A stretch of DNA of 64,000 nucleotides from Scyliorhinus canicula (Eukaryota): contig NW_024055665.1 of the NCBI RefSeq assembly GCF_902713615.1, forward strand, positions 124,001 through 188,000, in the 5' to 3' direction. Position 1 is the stretch's first letter. Each line of letters opens with the position of its first letter. Positions 11,135 to 23,439 of the stretch are shown here, piece by piece. Below the pieces are notes generated by a model. The model was not told where the DNA came from. It saw only the letters and a list, made by a program, of their open reading frames with translations, and did not search any database. A program made the translations under genes and the position numbers.

Positions 11135-11705
11135 GGGGTTGCTTAGCTCAGTTATCAAAGCGGCCGTGAAAGGGCAGCACGGTAGCATTGTGGATAGCAC
11201 AATCGCTTCACAGCTCCAGGGTCCCAGGTACGATTCCGGCTTGGGTCACTGTCTGTGCGGAGTCTGCACATCCTCCCCGTGTGTGCGTGGGTTTCCTCCG
11301 GGTGCTCCGGTTTCCTCCCACAGTCCAAAGATGTGCAGGTTAGGTGGATTGGCCATGATAAATTGCCCTTAGTGTCCAAAATTGCTCTTAGTGTTGGGTG
11401 GGGTTACTGGGTTATGGGGATAGGGTGGAATTGTTGGCCTTGGGTAGGGTGCTCTTTCCAAGAGCCGGTGCAGACTTGATGGGCTGAATGGCCTCCTTCT
11501 GCACTGTAAATTCTATGATCTATGATAAGGAGCGACGTTAACAGTGTGGGTTCAATTCCCATGCCAGCTGAGGTTATTCATGAAGATCCCACCTTCTCAA
11601 CCTTGCCCCTCGCCTGGGGTGTGGTGGCCCTCAGGTTTCTCGCCACCAGTCAGCTTTAAATCCAAAGGGGAGATCAGCCTTTGGGACTGTTACAAAATTG
11701 AATCA
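11135..11705 (+). mobile_element. tRNA-derived SINE interrupted by an HE1 SINE
   Basis: A-box TAGCTCAGTT (~11143) and B-box GGTTCAATTCC (~11551) are separated by the HE1 copy. Confidence 0.6.
11172..11525 (+). mobile_element. HE1/V-SINE, full length, CR1-like tail
   Basis: GGGCAGCACGGTAGC head, V-domain, tail ...GCACTGTAAATTCTATGATCTATGA. Confidence 0.9.
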
Positions 11706-11892
11706 TGCCCGTTCCTCATTAGAGGCCTGAAACCGTGAGTGAATATGTTATTTCACTGGCCCGTAGCCAAGGTGCAGGCTCCACCTTAATTATTCCTCCG
11801 GAGACTCTCATTCAGAATAAATGAGAGACGCTTTGAATCCGCCGCAGAGCTAAATTTGCGGCTTGGGTAATTCATGCCGTTTCTGAGAGACG

Positions 11893-11962
11893 ATGCACGG
11901 ACCAGCGAATGGCCTCTTCTTTGCAATTTCCTATCCCATTCTCGCTGCCATTGGTGCGCCTG
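11893..11962 (+). CDS. GPR139-like class A GPCR, coding exon 1 (MHGPANGLFFAISYPILAAIGAP)
   Basis: ATG at 11893, hydrophobic first half of TM1, phase-1 donor G|GTAAGT at 11963. Confidence 0.85.
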
Positions 11963-13537
11963 GTAAGTGATAGATTTGAAATAGTTTTCATGTTCATGTA
12001 AATCTCCCTTTCCTTTCAGGATCGAAATGTTTTTTCTCCAGTATTGAGCGATGTTTATGACTGAGGAACGTCCAACTGGTTACAACATAAATAATATTAT
12101 TGGATAATATTACGCGTGTTACCGTGAATTATTTTGCTTTATCTGTACTTGCGTAATGGGGAATTACAAAATATCATTCACATTATTATGCCGTACATGG
12201 AGAAACATAGTTTATTAGATGACTAAAATATGACTTGAAATATAAGGATTTGTAGGAACGTTAACCCCTTATGTGGCTGAACAATTGGTTCCATTCTAAT
12301 GTAGTCAAATGTAATCCAATCTTTAAAGTGTTGTGCAGGATAAAACCTACAAAGTGACATGCATTTCATTCGCTGATCTTACTGCAGCATCAGAAGATGA
12401 ATTATTACAGTATAATGACTGAATTAGATTAATTGTAATTCAAAGTCATTTATTGATTCTACAAATCTACAGTGCGACCTACAGCAATTTGTAATCATTA
12501 CTGTGCAGTGAGGTAGTACTCGGCCACACTCATTGTTATTGAGGTTTGAGGAATTAGTTGCAAAATCTCACACATGAGTATCAAATAGAATCGGTGCAGT
12601 ATAGAATGAGGCCATTTGACCTATTTAGTCTGCACCGACCCTTCGAGAGAGAATTCGACCCATGTCTGCTCCCCCATACCGCACGGAACGCTTTTAATGA
12701 GGTGTGTGGCATTTCAAGATTTTTAATATATTATACGTTTTGTCTTGTGCTGTTAAGTCTTGAACATTTCGAGTGGTTAGATCTTTTAGTCATTAACTGT
12801 ACGCGCTTAATAATGGCAAGATCAGCATTTATTCCTCACTCGAGTTTTCACTTGAGAAGGTGATGTATTTATCTCTTTAGACACTCCGGTACGGAGAGTG
12901 GGGATGCTTCACAGTAATTTAACAATTTAGCTTCATACCGGACGACCAAAGGAGATATTTGACGTACATTTCCTCAATGAGTTTAGTTTCTAAGGATTCT
13001 CCTTCAGCAAAAAGGAGAAATGTAGCCATTTAGAGAATTCCAGGTATCTGCAGCTAAAGGCATAATCGAGACAGCTGCAAAGGATAAAATCTGCAAAAAT
13101 CTAGACCTGGAAGCATCCTGTGATCTCAGATAGTTGTAGCATGTTAAGCGAATCGGGAGAGTGAGATGATGGACAGCGTTTAAAATTAAAAGGGCGATAT
13201 TAGTTAATCCGCAAGATTGCCTGAGTGGGAGCCAGTAGGGCTGTTGGGTGGGTGGGAATTTTCTGAATAAGGGAAGCGACAACAAATTTGATCACCATCT
13301 ACAGGGGTTGACTCGATAAACATAGCGATTAGTTTTAAATGGGACTGATTGCCACTCCTCCTATTTTGTTGTGTTGAATCCTGTATTGAGTATTGAATAA
13401 TTTCCAAATACATTGCCTTATTTGGAGTCTGGAGGTGGAAAAGCGAAGAATAAGGATGGTTCCGGTAACAAATGGGATGACGCAGTAGCTGGTGTTGGAG
13501 TCTGCTTGGGTAAATCTTCTCTTTTAATCTCTCACAG

Positions 13538-14439
13538 CCAACTTGGTGACCATCGTAATATCATCCAGAGGACGGTGCGGACTATCCAAATGCATCACCT
13601 CCTATCTCGTGGCGATAGCAGTGAGTGACACCCTCGTCATCATCACCGCCATAATCCTCAACCGAATTGGCCGCATCTACTTTCAGAAGAGTGTCCTGTC
13701 CACTACCCCCGCATGCATGTTCAGCACTCTACTGGTCTATTTTTCCCGGGATGGTTCAGTTTGGCTGACAGTGGCATTTACCCTTGACCGATTTGTGGCC
13801 ATCTGTTGGCAGAGCCTGAAGACCAGATACTGCACCGAGAAAACTGCATTGTCAGTTATAGGAATAGTCTGTTGCCTGAGCTGTGCTAGGAACGTCCCTT
13901 TCTACTTCACTTACCAGCCCTTATACATTGTGAACGGGGTGCCCTGGTTCTGTGCCTTTAAGTCCAGCTATTACACTTTGCCCGCCTGGCAAGCCTATGA
14001 CTGGCTGGACCACATCTTAACCCCATTTCTCCCGTTTCTCCTCATCCTGCTTCTTAACGTCCTGACTGTAAGGCACATCCTAATTGCCAGCAGAGCCCGC
14101 AGGAGGCTTCGGGGAGCTGAAAGTCACAAGGACGCAGATATGACCAATCGTAAGAAGTCCATTGTCCTGCTCTTCGCCATCTCGCTCAACTTCCTCCTCT
14201 TGTGGGTCACCTATGTCGCGCATTTCCTTTACGTGCGGATTACAGGTGAGGGCTACCGCACCAGCTTGAATTTCAAAGACCCACGATACATCCTGCAGGA
14301 GACAGCCAACATGCTCCAGTTAGTCAGTTCCTGTAACAACGTCTTCATCTATGCGGTGGCCCAGACCAAGTTCCGAGAGGAGCTGAAGAAGATTCTTATA
14401 TATCCTTTCACCACGCTCGTGGGTTACCTGAAACAGTAA
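13538..14439 (+). CDS. GPR139-like class A GPCR, coding exon 2
   Basis: Pyrimidine-tract acceptor ...ctctcacAG at 13536-13537; joins exon 1 in frame (70+902=972 nt, 323 aa); FTLDRFVAIC (DRY-like) and SSCNNVFIY (NPxxY-like); no internal stops. Confidence 0.92.
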
Positions 14440-14732
14440 AAATACGTTCAACATCCTCGCGTTAATTCACTTTCATCAGCTTAGATCGATGTGTCACTCT
14501 TTCTTACTGTCCCTCTGGAATCAGAAAGTTCTGGTTTTCAGATGGAGGATTTGAGAATTCTAAGGTCCATAATCCAGTGGCGACAGCCTCTTCTGTTGCT
14601 CGGAATGAATACTGAATTACCGCAGTTGATAACTTCATGGAGAAGATAGTGGAGTCAAAGTTTAGCAGCGCAGAAAGAGGCCCATCGGCCAATCGCGTCT
14701 GTGCCGACCATCAAACACCTATCTATCTATTG

Positions 14733-15031
14733 TGCGGGAAGGTAGCACAGTGGTTAGCACTATTGCTTCACGGCACCAGGGTTCCTGATTCGGTCACTGT
14801 ATGTGCGGAGTCTGCACGTTCTCTCCGTGTCTGCGTGGGTTTCCTCCGGGTGCTCCACTTTCCTCCCACAAGTCCTAAAAGATGTGCTCTTAGGTGAATT
14901 GGACATTCTAAATTCTCCCTCCGTGTACCCGAACAGGCGCTCGGAATATGGAGACTAGGGGCTTCTCACAGTAACTTCATAGCAGTGTTAATGTAAGCCT
15001 ATTTTTGACAATAAAGATTGTTATGATTATT
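14733..15031 (+). mobile_element. V-SINE with alternative GTGACAATAAA-type tail
   Basis: V-domain followed by GACTAGGGGCTTCTCACAGTAACTTC...TGACAATAAAG rather than the CR1 tail. Confidence 0.8.
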
Positions 15032-15034
15032 TTA

Positions 15035-17495
15035 ATCCTATTTTCCAGCACTTGATCCTTAGCCATGTATGCTGTGTTGTTTCAAGGGTTCATCTAAATT
15101 TGTTTAAATATTGTGATGTTTCCGGCCTCCGCCATCCTTTCAGGCTGCAAGTTCCAGATTCCCACCACCCTCTGGGTGAACAAGATTGTCCTAAGACCCT
15201 CCTATGTCTCCTGCCACTTACCTTACATCTATAGCCCCGGTTACTGACCACTCTTCCAAGGGGGCAAGATTCATCCTATCATAATTTTGTACACTTCAAT
15301 CACGCTTTCCCTGCTCCAAGGAAAATAACATCAGCCTATCCAATCTATCTTGACAGATGAAGCGCTCCAGCCTAGGCGACATCCTGGTGAATCTCCTCTG
15401 TACCCTCTCTCGTGCAATCACATTTTTCCTATAGTGTGGTGACCAGTACTGCACGTATTGTAACTGTGTCCTGAGGAGTGTTTTTCCCCGTTTCATCATA
15501 ACCTCACTGCTCTTACCTGCTATGCATTTGCCAATGAAGGGAAGAATCCTATTTGTCTTCTTAACCATCACATCTTCCTGACTGCCGCCTTCAGAAATCT
15601 ACGGAGGTGCAGTCCAGTGCCCCTCTGCTCCTCTATACGCCCTAAGGTTCCATGGTTCAAAACGTATCACATGCTTTGTTAATCCTCCGAAATGCATCAC
15701 CTCACACTCTTCAGGGTTTAATTTCATTTGCGACTGTTCAGCCCATCTAACCACCCCGTATACATCATGAGATATTTTAATGTTTACCTATTCACGACTT
15801 ACCACACCACCAGTTTTCGTTTCATCTGTGAACTTACTGCTTAGAACACCGACATTCCAGGCTAGATCATTAATGAAATGAAATGAAAATGGAAATGAAA
15901 ATCGCTTATTGTCATGAGTAGGCTTCAATGAAGTTACTGTCCAGATACCGGCGCCAGATACCTGCGCCTGTTCGGAGAGGCTGTTATGGGAATCGAACCA
16001 TGCTGCTGGCCTGCCTTAGTCTGCTTTCAAAGCCAGCGATTCAGCCCGGTGTGCTAAACAGCACCTAATAGAGACGACAAACAACAAGGGACCCAGCGGC
16101 GACCCCTAAAGTACACCACTGGACATGGGGTACAGTAACAAAAACAACTTTCGACCATAGCCGTCTTCCTCCAGCCTCTCAATCAATTTTGCATCCAATT
16201 TGCCAAATTGCCCTGGATGCAATGTCCTCTTGTCTTCTTGATCACTTTTTCATACGGGATCTTGTCAAAAGCCTTACTGAAGTCTGCACAGGTTACATCG
16301 ACTGCACTGCCCTTACCAGCACATCTCGTCACCTCCTCGAAACCTTTAATAAAATGTGTTATAAATGATGTCACCCTCACAAGGCCATGCGGACTATCCT
16401 TGATTATTGCTTGCCGCTCCAAGTGGAGATTAATTATGTCCCTCAGAATTTATTTCCCACTATTTCCCTGGTATTGATGTTGGACTCACGGGCCTCTATT
16501 TACCTGTTTTATTCCTACTGCCGTTCTTGAATAACCGTACCACATTAGGAGCTTCCTCCAGTCCACTGGCAGTCGGAATCCCATGTGGTTTTAGTTTTTG
16601 TACCAGTCTGCCGTGTGGGACCTTACCAAATGTCTTACTAAAATCCATATAACCTACATCCACAACCCTTCCCCCATCAATGTTCATTGTCACTAATTCA
16701 AAAAACCCAATTAAGTTGGTGAGACATGACCTTCCGCGTCCAAAACCATGCTTCCTGTCACTAACTAGTCTATTTTCCTCCAACTATGCATATCTCCTGT
16801 CCTTCAGAATTTTTTCCAAAAGCTTCCCACTCCGGATGTCAGGTTTACCTGTCCATACTTTTCTGGATTATCCATGCTTCCTTTCTTAAACAAGGGAACA
16901 ACATTGGCTATTCTCTAGTCATCTGGATCCTCGCCTGTGGTCAATGGAAATGTGAAGATATCTGTTAAGGCCCCAGCTATTTCTCCCCTTGCCTCCGGCA
17001 GAAATTGGGATAGTTCTCATTCAGCCGTGGGGACTTGTCTCCCTTAATGCAATTTAAGATACTCAACACTTCCTCCTTTGATATATTGACGTTCTCAAGA
17101 GAGTTCACACACCTATCCCTGACCTCAACATCCGCCATGCCCTTCTCCCTGGTGAATACTGACACAAAGTACTTATTATGAAGTTCACCACTTCCTGTGG
17201 TTCCACGCATAACTTCCCTCCATTGTCCTCGAGTGGGTCTACTCATTCTCTTGGTCCTAATATATGCATTAAAAGTATTGGGATTCTTCTTGACCATGTT
17301 TGCTGAAGGCATTTCGCAGTCCCTTTTAGCCCTCCTATTTCCAATTTTTTTAGTTTCACTGTACTCTCCAAGGGCTTCGTCGTTGTTTCGATGCCTAGAC
17401 CTAAGGCATGCTCCCTTTTTCCTTTTGCCTAAACTTACAATTTCCCTTGTGATCCATGGTTCCCGGATCCTGCCATTTATATCCTTCTTTCTGGG
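15035..17495 (-). mobile_element. Stack of decayed CR1 ORF2 fragments
   Basis: Minus-strand ORFs with QYWSPHYRK, DFSKAFDKIP, GRSCLTNLIGFFE, EPWITREI motifs. Confidence 0.8.
15873..16062 (-). mobile_element. Short tRNA-derived SINE (Lys-like head, GTGACAATAA-type tail)
   Basis: Same ~190-bp family as 24111, 47500, 51611, 58337; GAAAT-type repeat tail. Confidence 0.75.
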
Positions 17496-17497
17496 GA

Positions 17498-17745
17498 TAC
17501 ACACACGCGCACGCGCATGCACAGGCTGACACACATGTACACGCATGTCTACACATATCCACTCATAGGCACACACGCACGGTCACGCCCACACACACGC
17601 AGACACGCTCATCCGCACACATACACATGCGCGCACACAGACCCATCTACACACATACCAATGCACACACATAAACCTATGCACGCATCAACACATGCAC
17701 GTACAAACGCTCACACATAGGCACAAGCGCGCACACAAACACAGA
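17498..17745. repeat. Degenerate (CA)n/(CACG)-rich simple repeat
   Basis: Continuous alternating purine-pyrimidine tract. Confidence 0.85.
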
Positions 17746-20169
17746 CTGAGCAACTTACCCACCTGGAAGTGGGAAGAAAATGTACTATTTCCAAATTTTC
17801 TGACAACGATCTGTGCAGAGTCGGTTTGAAGAAATTGAAGAATTTAATGTGTGTTATTTATCGGAGTGCGGCATCCATATCAAGGGTCACCAATGGAACT
17901 GTCACCAAAGCTCGAAAGGTTTTCCAGGAGGAGATCCCACAACGTCCCGTTAAATCGCCTGATATATAATCGGAAATAAATCCCAAAGTCATGATCTGTA
18001 ACACCATTCTGGGTGATGATAATGAATTAAAAACTTTTACTTATCGTTCATGTTTAAGGTTGATTTGAAACATTGAAGGGAAGTATATTAGTAGAATGCA
18101 CAATTATGGAAGAAACACATGTTCAAATTATTCCACGCGCTGTCTAAGAGAGACTTAGGAGGAAAAGACATCAGTCATTCTCTGGTTATCCCTTCCTCTC
18201 GAGGTTTTGTAGTGACGGAGATTGACAGATTGGATCGTTTAATTAGCAGCATTAAAAGTGTCCATTTACAAATACGGTAATTGAAGCATCAGATTGTAAA
18301 TGCAGTTAAACACTGCTCGCAATTTATTAAAATTGAACTGTCGAGGTACAAGTTCGGGAGATGCATTGAAACTTTGGCAGCTGATTTTCGGAATGGTAGC
18401 ACAAAATTCTTCACATACACACACACACCTTGAACAATGTAGTGGAGGTAAATACGCAGGCATCATTTATGAAAATGCTGAAAATTACTACGGTTGGATA
18501 AAAAATAAAGGGTGGACGGATGGGCGACTATTCCTGATGACATGTGGACGGTAAGAAGGTGGGAATGTAACTAGCTCCTTGGCATTACATGGAGTCTCCA
18601 ACGGATGGCGGTGTTCGCGGTGTTCGTTTGAGTTTGGAACAAGCTGCAGATGGATTCGCGCTCCAATAACTCCATTTGATAAAAATCCTGAAATAACCGG
18701 ATTCCAAAATATTTCCAAATCAATGTAGTGCTTAATTTGTAGTGCTATTGTGATTCTTTGAAGTATGATAAATGTGATATTGGAAATAGTTTTGATCAGT
18801 TGTTCATCCCAGTATCTACTTCCAATAATTCCAGAAATTTTCAACAAACCATGCATTTATTGTATGTTCGAAAGCCTGCGATTAGCCATCCAGCCTGAAA
18901 GCATTTCCCAGGACTTCTTCAGTCGCCCTATACTTTAAACTGCTTGAGGGTCATATCCAATTAGAGAATGTTTTGTGAGCTTCTGACGCTCAGACCTTTA
19001 CAAACAGTGAGTTACAGATTCCCACCACCTTCTGGTTGAATACGTTTTCTCTCGAATTGCCTTTAGGCTGCCACCTTTAAACCTAAATCCATGGTCCCTT
19101 ATACATCACTCGACGACGGAGTTCAGGCCATCCTATCGATTGTTTAAGCTCACAATTTAAGAAACTTGGGACTCCTTTCAGCTTCTTCGGTTCCATGCAT
19201 CACGTGATCCGTTCCGTCCTGTTCAGGGACGAGCATTCAAACTTTAATTGCAATAGCAGGTGGTACTGAGAAACCGAGACAACATTTATTGTGTTCAGAA
19301 TGAGAAGTGCGAAAGGCAGAAATAGAACTTGTGACACGGGGCAAGCGGGTTCAGCCTCTCCTGTGATCCTTGAGAATATTCCGACTGATTGACACAGTTG
19401 TTCACGCATTGCTCAAGGACAGAATGGATCTGTTTCTCGGATTGTTTGTGTTGAATTTGTTTCTCATTCGTATCCAAATAATTTACAACCAAAGGCGCAC
19501 TGGTAAACTCTAGAACATTTCAGCAATGGTACGCGCGTCTGTGTTTACTTTGTGAGTTTGTGGATCTAGTTGTGTGTGTTTATTTATGTATGGACATATC
19601 ACGAGGCTCAGTGAATTGTGTTCCAATGGGTTGTATATGAAACATACTTCATCACAATCTTGTAATTGCTTCATGATCTCATGGCTACGACGTTCTTTAG
19701 TGAGAGATCCGAGAGAGGCCTGTTCTAAATCTGGACTGAGCTGACTAAAAGAGTGAATAGTCACCTAAGCAAAGATCAACAGCCCAGTGGAGTCTGTATT
19801 AATTACTTTCTAGATGGAAAACGCTTTAACCAAGGTCGCCAAAGCCAACGTAACCACAATACACATACATCTACAATATGTGGGTGACGACAGTATCGTC
19901 TGCCCACCCGGACGGGATTTTAAACCACTCTCAACTACTAAATTCTGTGTACCCATCTTGTTCTTAAATGCTACCAAAATAAAACTCTTATATAAATCGA
20001 CAGCTGCTCAGTCAAATATTTCATTCCCAATATACGTTGAAGAAGTAACTCTGGAATAACTCATAGAAGAATATCATAGAAACCCTGTAGTTCAGAAGGG
20101 CGCCATCGAACTCGGATCCCTTGCGCTGTGAGGCAACAGTGCTACCCATTGTGCCACCGTGCCACCAAA

Positions 20170-23100
20170 CAACTGGCATACCAGAAGACCATAAGACCAT
20201 AAGGCATAGGAGCAGAATTCGGCTACTTGGCTCATCGAGTCTGCTCCGCCATTCAATCATAGCTGATATTTTTCTCATCCCCATTGTCCTGCATTCTCCC
20301 CATAACCCCGATCCCCTTATTAATCAAGAACTTATCTATCTCTGTCTAAAAGACACTGAGTGAATTGGACTCCACAGCCTTCTGCGGCAAAGAGTTCCAC
20401 AGATTCACCACCCTCTGGCTGAAGAAATTCCTCCTCCTTTCTGTTTTAAAGGATCGTCCCTTTAATCTGAGATGGTGTCCTCTGGTTCTAGTTTTTCCTA
20501 CAAGTGGAAACATCCTCTCCACGTCCACTCTATCCAGGCCTCGCACTATCTTGTACGTTTCAATAAGATCCCTTCTAGACCTAAACTCCAACCAGTACAG
20601 ACCCAGAATCCTCAAACGTTCCTCATACGACATGTTCTTAATTCCAGGGATCATTCTTGTGAACCTCCTTTGGACACTCTCCAAGGCCAGCAGATCCTTC
20701 CTTAGATATGGGGCCCAAAACTGCTCACAATACTCCAAATGGGTCTGACCAGAGCCTTATACAGCCTCAGAAGTACATCGCTGCTCTTGTATTCTAGCCC
20801 TCTTGACATGAATGCTACCATTGCATTTACCTTCCTAACTGCCGACTGAACCTGCAGATTAACCTTAAGAGAATCGTGAACAAGGGCTCCCAAGTCTCTT
20901 TGTGATTCTGCTTTCCGAAGCATTTCCCCATTTAGAAAATAGTCCATGCCCAGATTCCTCCTTTCAAAGTGCGTAACCTCACACTTTTCCACATTGTAGT
21001 TCATATGCCACTTCAATGCCTCCTCTCCTAGCTTGTCCAAGTCCTTCTGCAGCCCCTTTACTTCCTCAATACTACCTGTCTCTCTACAGATATTTGTATC
21101 ATCTGCCAAATAAGCAACAGTGCATCCAGTTCCTTCTTCCAGATCATTAATGTATATTGTAAATGTTGTGGTCCCAGCAGACCCCTGAGGCACACCATTA
21201 GTCACCAGCTGCCATTCTGAAAAAGACCTCTTTATCCCCACTCTTTGCCTTCTGCCAGTCAGCCAATCCTTTACCCATGTCAGGAACTTACCCTAAACAC
21301 CATGGGCTTTTACGTTATTTAACAGTCTCCGATGCGGCACCTTCTGGAAATTAAAAAAATTAAGTCCACTGATTGTCCTTTGTCTAACTTGCTTGTTGCC
21401 ACTTCAAAGAACTCTAACAGTTTTGTCAGACACGGCCTCCCTTTGACAAAGCTGTGCTGAATCAGTCCTGTTTTACCATGCACTTCGAAGTGCTTTGCGA
21501 ACTCATCTTTAATAACAGACGATAAAATATTACCAATGACGAATTCAGGCTAACCGGCCTTTAATTTCCCGTCTTCTGCCTCCCTCCCTTCTTAAACAGT
21601 GGTGTTAAATTAGCCACCTTCCAGTCCTCTGGGACCGTGCCCGCCGACAGCGATTCGTGAAGGATCATCACTAAATCCTCCAAGAGTTTCCTCAGCTATC
21701 TCTTTTAGGTACCAGGGGTGTAGTCCATCCGGTCCGGGTGACTTATCCACTTTCAGACCTTTCAGTTTCCCCAGCACCTTCTCCTTAGTAATGGTCACTG
21801 CACTCACCTCTGCCCCCTGGTTCTCCTGGAGCTCTGGCATTCCACTGGTGTCGACCATCGTGAATACTGATGCAAAGTAACTATTCAGTCCGTCTGCCAT
21901 TTCTTTGCTTCCTATTATTACTTCTCCAGCCACATTTTCTTGTGCTCCAATGTCTATTTGTGCCACTCTCTTACCTTTTATATATTGAAAAAAATCTCTT
22001 CGTATCTTCCTTTATATTACGAGTTAGCTTGCACTCGTACTTCATCTTCTCCCCCATTATTGCTTTTTTAGTTGTCCTCTGCTCGCTTTTAAAGGTGTCC
22101 CAATCCTCTGGTTTCCCACTAATCCTCGCCACTTTGTATGCTTTTTCCTTAGCTTTATTAACTGTCCCTGACATCCCTCGTCAGCCATGGATGCCTTGTT
22201 CTCCCCTTCGCATGTTTCCTCCTCCTTGGGATGAATTTCTGTTGTGCCTCCCTAATTACCCGGACCCCCCCCCCCCCAAAAAAAAAAACTCCTGCCATTG
22301 CTGTTCCACTATCTTCCCTGCTAGGCTCCTTATCCAATCAACTCTGGCCAGCTCCACCCTCATGTATTTGTAGTTACCCTTATTTAATTGTAATACTGTT
22401 CCATCTGATTCCAGCTTCTCCCTGTCAAACTGCAGGGTAAATTCCATCATATTGTGGTCACTGCTCCCAAAGTGTTCCTTCACCTTAAGTTCCCTTATCA
22501 AGTCTGCCTCATTACACATCAACAAATCCAGAATTGCCTGTTCCCGGGTTGGCTCTGTCACAAACTGCTCCAAAAAACAATCGTAGACATTCCACAAATT
22601 CCATTTCTTGGGACCATTGCCAACCTGATTTTACCAGTCCACTTGCATATTGAAGTCCATCATTATTATTGTAATATTGCCTTTTTACATGCCTTTTCTG
22701 TCTTCTGATTTATTTCCTGTCCAACATCCTGACTACTGCTTGGGGGCCTGTACATAACTCACTCCCATCAAAGTCTTTTTACCTTTGCGATTCCTCAACT
22801 CTACCCACAGAGAGTAGATGCCTTCTGATCCTATATCGCTCCTTGCTGTCGATTTAACTTCATTCCTTACTAACAATGCAACCCCGCCCCCTTTGACCAT
22901 CTGCTTGACCTTTCGATAGGACATATAGCCTTGGATATTTAGATCCCAGCCCTGATCCCCTTGCAGCCACGTCTCTGTGATGCCCACAACATCGTACCGG
23001 CCAATTTCAATGTGCGCAACAAGCTAATTTACCTTGTTCCGTAAACTGCGCGCATTTATGTACAACATCCTCAATCCTGCATTGGCCTCTTCCCTTTTCA

Positions 23101-23270
23101 AACTCTCCTCAGTCACTCTACGCTGTACTGTGACCCTTTTTGATTTTTGACTCTGGCTTCTCTGCCTTACACTTTCCCCCTGACTGCTTTCTGATTCTGG
23201 CCCCGTTTTACTTCCCTCCGACTTCCTACATTGGATCCCATCCCCCTGCCACATTAGTTTAAACCCTCCA
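20170..23270 (-). mobile_element. Long decayed CR1 LINE (APE endonuclease to 3' tail)
   Basis: Minus ORFs: MLYINARSLRNKVN, GITETWLQGDQGW, LGSSDHN-like, RT and C-terminal FSQRVVNLWNSLP; tail at ~20170-20215. Confidence 0.9.
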
Positions 23271-23439
23271 TTGTCACCATTGTCGAAGATAAGAGACCCA
23301 ATGCCCGATAGGTTTCACAAGTTCAACCTTCCACAAACTACAACAGCGATTGTTGAATACAAATACCTCCCCAAATCATCAAAAGTGCTGGTATACGAAC
23401 GAATTTGACAAAATTCATACAAAAAACATACAAAGTGGC

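Noticed and set aside
10898-11200. 100-aa minus-strand ORF upstream of the GPCR
   Set aside because: Starts inside a SINE, has no recognisable domain and no splice support.
16977-17720. ORFs rich in H/T/C/V residues
   Set aside because: Translations of the (CA)n tract and adjacent CR1 debris.
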